DNA of 64,000 nucleotides from Candidatus Anderseniibacteriota bacterium (lineage in GTDB: Bacteria > Patescibacteriota > Andersenbacteria > UBA10190), in contig JACPWO010000002.1 of the NCBI GenBank assembly GCA_016197005.1, positions 146,178 to 210,177 of the forward strand, in the 5' to 3' direction. The number at the start of each line of letters is the position of its first letter. Position 1 is the first letter of the stretch. Below, piece after piece: positions 57,413-64,000 of this stretch. The position numbers and the translations under genes were made by a program. Under the pieces are notes generated by a model that searched no databases, was not told the DNA's origin, and saw nothing but the letters and a program-made list of their open reading frames with translations.

Positions 57413-57425
57413 GTAGGATGATTCT

Positions 57426-57923
57426 ATGATTAAGCTTGTTGTTGGACTGGGAAATCCAGGCGCGAAATTTGAACGAACCCGACACAATATCGGAGTTCGG
57501 GTAGTAGAAGCTTGGGCGAAGGGTCCGGGCGCATCTATGCGCACACTGTATCTCCTTCCGGCAGACTTTATGAATAATTCCGGAAAGGTAGTAGCGGCGG
57601 CAATGAAAAAACATCAAGTGAAAATGGAAGAGCTTTTACTTGTGCACGATGATTTAGAAACATCATTTGGAGAAGTACGAATAAAAGAAATAGGAAGTGC
57701 TAAGGGCCACAATGGCGTGCGATCAATTCACGAAATGCTTGGCACGCAAGAAATCCGTCGTCTCATGGTAGGAGTAAGTCGCCCGCCGGCAGAAATTCCT
57801 GCCGATAGATATGTTCTATCTAAATTTAATTCTGAAGAAGAAACACTCCTTGCGGAAAAAGTTATTCCAGAAGCTGTCCAAAAAATTCAAATTATTCTTA
57901 CTCCGCGTCCGCTCCCAGAATAA
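57426..57923 (+). CDS. pth: peptidyl-tRNA hydrolase
   Basis: MIKLVVGLGNPGAKFERTRHNIG canonical Pth start. Confidence 0.9.
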   Translation: MIKLVVGLGNPGAKFERTRHNIGVRVVEAWAKGPGASMRTLYLLPADFMNNSGKVVAAAMKKHQVKMEELLLVHDDLETSFGEVRIKEIGSAKGHNGVRSIHEMLGTQEIRRLMVGVSRPPAEIPADRYVLSKFNSEEETLLAEKVIPEAVQKIQIILTPRPLPE

Positions 57924-59427
57924 TAAGAACGTCGGCTTCAGATTCCGCTTCGTCTTCTGGCACATCTGTCGTTGATGAAGCCTCTAGCAGTTCCGCTATC
58001 GCTTGCACTCCATCAGCCGCGGTGTTCGCAATTTGATAAACTACCGTCTCTTTTTTATCACGTGTGGCGGCGTTTCCAATTCCCGTAACCTCATATCCTT
58101 CGGACGTGAGTTGATCGCGGGTGCGAGCGGCTAGACCGGCAACATTTGTACCGTTACGAATTTCAACTGATGGTTTGGCTTGTTCCTCTTCCTTTTCAGC
58201 CGGGGCGGGAGTAGGGGTGGTAGGAGCTTGGGTTGGTTCGATAGATTTGCTAACGTCTTCAGAGAAAATGTTTGCTGCGATTGATTGAATCTCTGAGTAG
58301 TCGCCAGTGCGAGTTCGTAAAACGGAGGCGGGCTGTCCGCCCAAAACTTCGGTTGTTCCAACCAACACTCCGTTATGTCCGGTAGTGAGAACAACAGAAT
58401 GTACCTTGGTTCTATCTATGAGGCGAGCGAGTTCAAAGAATCGCTTCATTTCCCACAGCTGCATATCAGTCCGAATATTATTTGCTAGTGATTCAAGTAT
58501 TTGGTTGACAGCGCCAAAATCAAAGGCGGTGTTTACCGAGAATACTTTCTCGCGAAGAGCTAGCAGGAGTTGTTGTTGCCGTGCTGCGCGCTTAAAGTCT
58601 CCACCTTCTGGTCCCTCAATGTAGCGAGCGCGAGCATATGCTAGTGCTCGCTCACCGTTCATGGTTTCTGTACCGGCCGGGAAAGAAATTTTGTGCCAGT
58701 AATCTGTAAAGCTATTTTCAATTGTAATATTTACGCCTCCGACTGCATCGACAATGGACTTAAAGGCAGTGAAATCAACTCGAGCGTAGTAGTGTATCGG
58801 CTGCCCGGTTATTTCTTCTACCTTTTCTCGCAGTAGTTGCGGTCCTTTGTGTTCGCCTTGGGCTTCTCCAATTGCATGGACAGAATTTATTTTAGAAAAA
58901 TAATCTTCCCCTGGGACTTGTACATACAAATCACGGGGAATGGAAAGAAGAGAAACATCTCCATTTTTTGGATGGATACTGACCACCATAATTGTGTCAG
59001 CTAAATTTTCTCCACTGTGACCTTCGCCACCGACAGCCAGTAGCATAACGTTAATGCGTCCTTCTTCCTCGCCTGCAAGAAATTCGCCGGAAGAAAACAG
59101 GAGATCTTTAATTTGTCCGAAGAGAGAGCGATCGGTCACTGTAATTTTGTTGCTGGCAGCTAAGATGCGATATCCAAATGCACCGCCACCAATAATACCG
59201 AGGACGAAAAGGAGGAGTACAATCCGCCGTAACCATGAGCCATAGCTACGACGACGGCGTGGTGACGTACTTCGTCGGCGAGGTGCGGGTGGAGCAATCG
59301 TACGAGTAGGAGCGGTCTTCTCAGTCTGGACTGTATCACTTAAGCGATAGCGCCGACGGACATCACGTAAAACCCCTCGTTGCGCCCGTGGGGGAAGTCC
59401 TGGCCCTGGGTAAGTTGATGCGGTCAT
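57898..59427 (-). CDS. LytR-CpsA-Psr (LCP) family cell-envelope glycopolymer transferase with C-terminal LytR_C domain
   Basis: Basic cytoplasmic tail, TM, LCP core (INVMLLAVGGEG...DTIMVVSIHP...SIPRDLYV). C-terminal VEIRNGTNVAGLAARTRDQL domain. Confidence 0.8.
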   Translation of the reverse strand: MTASTYPGPGLPPRAQRGVLRDVRRRYRLSDTVQTEKTAPTRTIAPPAPRRRSTSPRRRRSYGSWLRRIVLLLFVLGIIGGGAFGYRILAASNKITVTDRSLFGQIKDLLFSSGEFLAGEEEGRINVMLLAVGGEGHSGENLADTIMVVSIHPKNGDVSLLSIPRDLYVQVPGEDYFSKINSVHAIGEAQGEHKGPQLLREKVEEITGQPIHYYARVDFTAFKSIVDAVGGVNITIENSFTDYWHKISFPAGTETMNGERALAYARARYIEGPEGGDFKRAARQQQLLLALREKVFSVNTAFDFGAVNQILESLANNIRTDMQLWEMKRFFELARLIDRTKVHSVVLTTGHNGVLVGTTEVLGGQPASVLRTRTGDYSEIQSIAANIFSEDVSKSIEPTQAPTTPTPAPAEKEEEQAKPSVEIRNGTNVAGLAARTRDQLTSEGYEVTGIGNAATRDKKETVVYQIANTAADGVQAIAELLEASSTTDVPEDEAESEADVLIILGADAE

Positions 59428-59445
59428 ATTTTTAGTAAGCTGCTT

Positions 59446-60081
59446 TTGAGTATATCAAGGACATTGATGTTTGCGATAGGTGTATTACATCCCTATACTA
59501 CATCTATGATTTCCGGGATTGTGAAGTTTTTTTGGGAACTTATCAAGGCCTTCTTGGTGGCACTCGTTATTATCATCCCAATCCGCTATTTTCTAGTGCA
59601 GCCATTTTTCGTTCGAGGAGCTTCAATGGATCCCACGTTCCATGATGGAGAGTATCTCTTAATTGATCAGCTTTCTTACCGTTTCCGAGAGCCACGACGT
59701 GGCGAAGTCATTGTTTTTCGTTATCCACAGGAGCCTTCCCAGTTTTTCATTAAACGAATCGTGGGGCTGCCCGGCGAAACTGTGCGAATTGAAGATGGGC
59801 GAGTCGTTATTGTAAATAACCAGCTTCAGCAAGGAGCTGCTATTGATGAAAGTGGCTACTTACCTGAGGGACTACGAACAGGTGGACACGTGGAAATGAC
59901 CCTTCAGAAAGATGAATTTTTTGTATTAGGAGATAACCGTCCGGCCAGCTCAGATTCTCGTGCGTGGGGAGTATTACCTGAAGAAGATATTATTGGTCGA
60001 ACATGGATTCGGGCCTTTCCCTTTGACCGCCTTTCCCTTTTCCGAATTGATCCTCCTGGCTTCGTAAGTATTTCTGAGTAG
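59446..60081 (+). CDS. lepB: signal peptidase I
   Basis: VRGASMDPTF (catalytic Ser box). FIKRIVGLPGE (Lys box). GDNRPASSDSRAWG. Confidence 0.8.
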   Translation: MSISRTLMFAIGVLHPYTTSMISGIVKFFWELIKAFLVALVIIIPIRYFLVQPFFVRGASMDPTFHDGEYLLIDQLSYRFREPRRGEVIVFRYPQEPSQFFIKRIVGLPGETVRIEDGRVVIVNNQLQQGAAIDESGYLPEGLRTGGHVEMTLQKDEFFVLGDNRPASSDSRAWGVLPEEDIIGRTWIRAFPFDRLSLFRIDPPGFVSISE

Positions 60082-60128
60082 AGCAAAGTATTTGCGCATA
60101 GGCAGCAAACACTGTAATCTGCCTATCG

Positions 60129-61490
60129 ATGCCGAAAATAACGAAAAAACCGAAGCTTACAGAAGAACAAATCCAAGAGGAGTTGGATGCTGCTTTTGAT
60201 AAAGCGAATAAAAAAGATCAGATTTCCAGTCCTCGAGGCACACAAGACATTCTTCCTCACGATCATAAATACTGGGAATATATTACTGAAAGCGCTCGGT
60301 TAATTTTACGAGGTTGGTACTTCCAGGAAATCCAAACTCCTATTTTTGAAGAGAAAAAGTTGTATGAACGTGGGGTAGGACAAGAGACAGACATAGTCCA
60401 GAAAGAAATGTTTGAATTGAAATCTCGCAGTCGTGGTACTCATTACGTCTTGCGGCCAGAAGCCACTGCTGGTATTGCCCGCGCATATCTCGAACATGGT
60501 ATGCGTTCGTGGCCACGACCGGTCAAATTATTTACCGTTGGTCCTTTTTTTCGCTACGAGCGTCCCCAGGCTGGACGTTTTCGTCAGCATCACCAACTCA
60601 GTTTGGAAGTACTTGGTTCAGCCGCTCCGGTAACTGACGTTGAAGTTATGTATGTTCTCCACCTCCTCTTTAAACGCTTGGGTCTTGAAGATTATGTAGT
60701 ACAAGTCAATAGCTTAGGACTCCCAGCTGAGCGAAAGGAATATATTAAATTACTCAAAGATCATTACCGCCGAAATATTCGTAAACTTTCTCGTGAAGAT
60801 AAAGAGCGTCTGAAGCGCAATCCACTCCGAGTACTGGATTCAAAGGATGAAAAGGCTATCCGGGTGGCGAACACTGCTCCTCGGCTCATTGACCACTTAA
60901 GTGAAACTTCAAAGAAACACTTTGAGTATGTCACCAATATGTTAGGAGAGCTTGAAGTACCATTTGAAGTAAATCCACGATTGGTACGAGGACTGGATTA
61001 TTACACGCATACTGTTTTTGAATTTGTCTCTCGTACTGCTGGTGAGCAGGGTGTTTCTTTCACCTCAGGTGGAAGATATGACGGGTTAGTACGACAATTG
61101 GGAGGACGAGATACAGCTGCAGTTGGAGCTGGCATTGGTATTGAGCGAGTGGTGGATCGAATTAAGAAAGAGGGAATAGATCTGACCTTAACTGATCAGC
61201 CACTTTTGTATGTTGCCCAACTTGGAGATAGAGCTAAGGTTGTGGCACTTAAGCTTATGAGGAAGTTAAATGAAGCTGGTATTCCATTTGCTGAAGGGGT
61301 TGACCGTGACGGAATGCAGCCACAACTTAAAGCAGCTGATCGTCTTGGTGTTGGTTGGGCTGCTATTATTGGTCAAAAGGAAGTACTTGATGGCACGATC
61401 ATTCTCCGAAATATGGAAAGTGGCATGCAAGAAGTAGTCGATCAGGCCAACTTAGTCGAAGAATTACAAAAAAGACTCCACTTAGAATAG
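60129..61490 (+). CDS. hisS: histidyl-tRNA synthetase
   Basis: Class II motifs (YVLRPEATAGIARAY, FRYERPQAGRFRQHHQ, GGRYDGL) and C-terminal anticodon-binding domain. Confidence 0.9.
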   Translation: MPKITKKPKLTEEQIQEELDAAFDKANKKDQISSPRGTQDILPHDHKYWEYITESARLILRGWYFQEIQTPIFEEKKLYERGVGQETDIVQKEMFELKSRSRGTHYVLRPEATAGIARAYLEHGMRSWPRPVKLFTVGPFFRYERPQAGRFRQHHQLSLEVLGSAAPVTDVEVMYVLHLLFKRLGLEDYVVQVNSLGLPAERKEYIKLLKDHYRRNIRKLSREDKERLKRNPLRVLDSKDEKAIRVANTAPRLIDHLSETSKKHFEYVTNMLGELEVPFEVNPRLVRGLDYYTHTVFEFVSRTAGEQGVSFTSGGRYDGLVRQLGGRDTAAVGAGIGIERVVDRIKKEGIDLTLTDQPLLYVAQLGDRAKVVALKLMRKLNEAGIPFAEGVDRDGMQPQLKAADRLGVGWAAIIGQKEVLDGTIILRNMESGMQEVVDQANLVEELQKRLHLE

Positions 61491-61506
61491 GGTGTATACT
61501 TCTCTC

Positions 61507-61863
61507 ATGACTGAGAGTAATAACGACTGTATTTTTTGTTCAATTGTCGCTGGTACCACCCCAGCTGACGTAGTTTTTGATGGTGGTGACACTTTATTTT
61601 TCCGGGACATTAACCCCAAGGCCCCCGTTCACGCTGTTGGGATACCGAAAGTTCACATAACGTCGCTCGATGTACTAACCGGTGATGAACATGCGTTGGT
61701 GGGAAAGATTCTACATGAAGCAGCCGATGTGGCCCGAGATCTAGGAGTAAGTGAAAGTGGATACCGGGTTATTACGAATGTAGGAAAAGATGCCGGTCAA
61801 GAAATTGAACACCTCCACTTTCACGTGATTGGCGGAGAACCGCTGGGACCACTTCGCAGCTAA
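61507..61863 (+). CDS. HIT-family (histidine triad) nucleotide hydrolase
   Basis: CIFCSIV N-terminus. HLHFHVIGG histidine triad. Start trimmed to ATG 61507. Confidence 0.8.
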   Translation: MTESNNDCIFCSIVAGTTPADVVFDGGDTLFFRDINPKAPVHAVGIPKVHITSLDVLTGDEHALVGKILHEAADVARDLGVSESGYRVITNVGKDAGQEIEHLHFHVIGGEPLGPLRS

Positions 61864-61866
61864 GGA

Positions 61867-62289
61867 GTGATGAAAAAAATTCTTACATTTATCGTTACGA
61901 GCTCCTGGCTCCTGGTAACTCCTTTTTTTGCGTATGCAGCAATCATCCCACCCTGTGATCCGGTTCCTGGTAAAGGTAATAGTTGCGGTGTGAATGATCT
62001 TTTTCAACTACTGGTAAATATTTACGACTATCTCCTTGGGTTAGCAGCTATAGTAGCAGTACTCATGATCGTATGGGCGGGATTCCGCATTCTTATCTTT
62101 TACTGGAGTGAACAACCTGAGTCAGATCTCGAGGCAGCAAAAAATACCATTCGTCGTGCTATTTTTGGTCTTATTATTATTTTGACAGCTTATCTAGTAG
62201 TGGCCACAGTTGTGTTTAGCTTATTTGGTCTTGATCCAGGCGGTCCAGTAGGAAAAGAGCTTCAAAAAAGAGGATTGGTTGCCCCGTAA
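61867..62289 (+). CDS. small secreted double-TM protein with VirB2/TrbC-pilin-like topology (hypothetical)
   Basis: Signal peptide ending AYAA, then two hydrophobic helices separated by a short loop. 140 aa. Confidence 0.35.
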   Translation: MMKKILTFIVTSSWLLVTPFFAYAAIIPPCDPVPGKGNSCGVNDLFQLLVNIYDYLLGLAAIVAVLMIVWAGFRILIFYWSEQPESDLEAAKNTIRRAIFGLIIILTAYLVVATVVFSLFGLDPGGPVGKELQKRGLVAP

Positions 62290-62370
62290 GGTAATGTAAA
62301 AAGATCTTGACGACCACGTTAAGCCGTGGCAAGCTATTATGTGTAAGTTTTATCTGGGAGGTGTTTTTAT

Positions 62371-62622
62371 ATGGTAGAAGTTCGTAAGCGCGACAATGAA
62401 TCCACCGAAAGTCTTATCCGCCGCTTCAGCCGGAAGGTTCAGGCTAGCGGAGTTTTACTGCAGGCTAAGAAAGTCCGCTACTACCAACGTAAGAAAAGTA
62501 AGCTCAAGGCTAGAGAAGAAGCTAAAAGAAAATCAGAGCTACTTGCAGAACGAGAAAAACTCATTAAGCTCGGCTTATTAGAAGAATATACGACTCCAGG
62601 TTTTCGACGTTCGCGCCGATAA
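62371..62622 (+). CDS. rpsU: 30S ribosomal protein S21
   Basis: MVEVRKRDNESTESLIRRFSRKVQASGVLLQAKKVRYYQRK is the S21 signature. Confidence 0.85.
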   Translation: MVEVRKRDNESTESLIRRFSRKVQASGVLLQAKKVRYYQRKKSKLKAREEAKRKSELLAEREKLIKLGLLEEYTTPGFRRSRR

Positions 62623-62705
62623 ACATAACTGAGTAATAGGAAAACAAGTCGCTCGCACGAGCGGCTTGTTTTGGCTAGGGATATTTTCTGCTACACTGCT
62701 CGTGT

Positions 62706-63473
62706 ATGGCACCTCCGCCAAATCTTCCGATACCTGGTACTGACTCTGCTAGTCCAGCGAGCAGTACGCCAGGAGGAATACGTCCGGGCACTGGCTTTGA
62801 TGCACCGGATCCATTTTTGCCTCCAGGCGCTGGAGCAGGTACGCCGACTCCAAAGCCAGCTGTATATTCTGCTCCTCCTCAATCTGCTACTCCTGCGTCA
62901 CCACCTTCGCCGGTTATGAATGTGCCACCAATTGCTCCTCCGTCTTTTCAACAACCGGTGACTCCGGTACGTCGTCGTCGCTGGGGTATTCTCCTTTTTG
63001 GCAGTTTTGTCGTTTTGACGCTTCTGGCCGTAGCTGGTTTTGTGGGAGCTCGTCTTTTATTTGCTCCAGAACCTACGCCTGAGCCAACTATTCGACCGAC
63101 GGCTACTCCTCTTCCAACCACTGCTACTGCTACTGCAACGCCATTGCCAACTTCTGCTAGTGCTGAGGATCAAATAGCTGATCCTGATGGTGATGGGCTA
63201 ACAAATGCCGAAGAAGAGTTTTACAAAACCAACTCAGCTGAAGCAGATAGTGATGGTGATGGTTACGTTGATGGGGAAGAGGTACGAGCCGGCTATGATC
63301 CATTGACGAGTGGTAAACTCGACTCGGATAACGACGGGTTTGCTGATCCTGATGAGCGAGAATTTGGTTCGGATCCTTTCAATCCAGATACTGATGGTGA
63401 CGGGTATGCGGATGGAGAAGAAATTGAGAATGGATTCAATCCGCTGATCCCATCTCCTGGAGATCGGTTGTAA
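62706..63473 (+). CDS. membrane protein with Pro-rich N-terminus and thrombospondin-type-3-like Ca-binding repeats
   Basis: Pro/Ala/Thr-rich roughly 100 aa, one TM (WGILLFGSFVVLTLLAVAGFVGA). Repeated DPDGDGLTN / DSDGDGYVDGEE / DSDNDGFADPDE / DTDGDGYADGEE motifs. Confidence 0.4.
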   Translation: MAPPPNLPIPGTDSASPASSTPGGIRPGTGFDAPDPFLPPGAGAGTPTPKPAVYSAPPQSATPASPPSPVMNVPPIAPPSFQQPVTPVRRRRWGILLFGSFVVLTLLAVAGFVGARLLFAPEPTPEPTIRPTATPLPTTATATATPLPTSASAEDQIADPDGDGLTNAEEEFYKTNSAEADSDGDGYVDGEEVRAGYDPLTSGKLDSDNDGFADPDEREFGSDPFNPDTDGDGYADGEEIENGFNPLIPSPGDRL

Positions 63474-63541
63474 TAATCGTCTTGAGAGCCTAGTAGCAAA
63501 AGGTACTTTGCTCTTTTGGTATTTATCCTTACGCTGGCTCT

Positions 63542-63967
63542 ATGCCTACGGTGCTTCAATCTGAGGAAGAGTTTGTACTAACTCCAAGTGAGGTAGAACG
63601 CTTGTGGCAAGAAGTAAGGAAAGCGTGTGAATATCCAGATGATGAGGTAGCGGTACGTTGTGTGAGCGAGGAAGAGATTAAAAAGCTTAATACCAAATAT
63701 CGCAAGAAGAATCACGCAACCAATATTCTGACATTTACATATGATGAACAACACGACATTGCCCTTTGTCTTTCTGTAGCCGAAGAAGAATCACGAGAAC
63801 AGGAAGTAGCTTTGAGAGACTATGTGGCATTGCTCCTCGTGCATGCATTTCTTCACGCTACTGGCATGGATCATGAGCGGTCAGAAGAGGAAGCGGAGAA
63901 TACAGAAGACCTGGAAACTACTATTCTTTCTAAATCAGGGTTTTCCGCAATTTCTCTCTCGGCCTAA
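63542..63967 (+). CDS. ybeY: rRNA maturation endoribonuclease YbeY
   Basis: LLVHAFLHATGMDHE is the HxxxHxxGxxH zinc motif of YbeY. Confidence 0.8.
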   Translation: MPTVLQSEEEFVLTPSEVERLWQEVRKACEYPDDEVAVRCVSEEEIKKLNTKYRKKNHATNILTFTYDEQHDIALCLSVAEEESREQEVALRDYVALLLVHAFLHATGMDHERSEEEAENTEDLETTILSKSGFSAISLSA

Positions 63968-64000
63968 GAGAGCTACAATAGAGGAATGCAAAAAACATGG

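Noticed and set aside
56712-57425. RNase P RNA or 5S rRNA in the trmB-pth non-coding block
   Set aside because: Segments resembling the P4 strands (GAAGTCCCGGGCTTC, AAGCCCGGCTATG) occur in the wrong order on either strand, and no GGUAAGAGCGCACC-like CR-III block was found. The 5S-like CCCACCUGA resemblance is too short. Left as an unknown structured RNA pending cmscan.
57094-57617. Short ORFs 57094..57279 (+) and 57345..57617 (-) inside the non-coding block
   Set aside because: No RBS and junk-like composition. They overlap promoter and terminator elements and the pth start.
1-64000. CRISPR arrays, cas genes, reverse transcriptases and retrons, toxin-antitoxin pairs
   Set aside because: No short regularly spaced repeats were seen. 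No RT or Cas-like motifs in any ORF. The only tandem repeats are the 42-bp coding repeat at 25615..25700 and the low-complexity PT-rich or Asp-rich coding stretches.

Overview
This 64-kb window is a gene-dense chromosomal stretch of about mid-40s % G+C (estimated by eye). It looks like a small-genome bacterium, possibly CPR/Patescibacteria-like, but that is inference from gene content only. Two pilM-pilN/O-like modules support a type IV pilus role for the first 5 kb. A UDP-Glc to UDP-GlcA to UDP-Xyl pathway (ugd, UDP-xylose synthase, several NDP-sugar transferases, an LCP protein) and several giant surface proteins point to cell-surface glycopolymer and adhesin functions. Most of the window is core housekeeping genes. 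These include five aminoacyl-tRNA synthetases (argS, ileS, glyQS, leuS, hisS). They include translation genes (rplT, rpmI, infC, rpsU, pth, obg, smpB plus a tmRNA gene, truD, tgt, ybeY). They include DNA replication, repair and segregation genes (dinB, recO, mutY-like, tatD, parAB, topA, dprA, mfd). There is a tRNA-Leu(CAA) and an unusual tRNA-Val-like gene. The accessory and unusual content is as follows. (1) Two tandem G+C-rich mini-inserts sit downstream of the tmRNA 3' end, each bounded by a direct repeat of the ssrA 3' terminus (attachment-site-like) and each carrying one unknown ORF. (2) A separate G+C-rich foreign-looking ORF lies between smpB and truD. (3) An IS110-family insertion sequence has a roughly 300-nt non-coding 5' end that could encode a bridge-type guide RNA. 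(4) A tRNA-Val-like gene carries a roughly 25-nt hairpin insertion in the anticodon arm. (5) A roughly 700-nt non-coding block between the trmB-like gene and pth contains two sigma70-type promoters and two intrinsic terminators, suggesting a roughly 500-nt structured RNA plus a short leader-like RNA upstream of pth. (6) A third G+C-rich micro-insert carries an acyl-carrier-protein-like gene that lacks the conserved serine and has its own promoter and terminator. No CRISPR array, reverse transcriptase or recognisable defence operon was found. All family assignments come from reading the translated ORFs against remembered family motifs, not from database searches.
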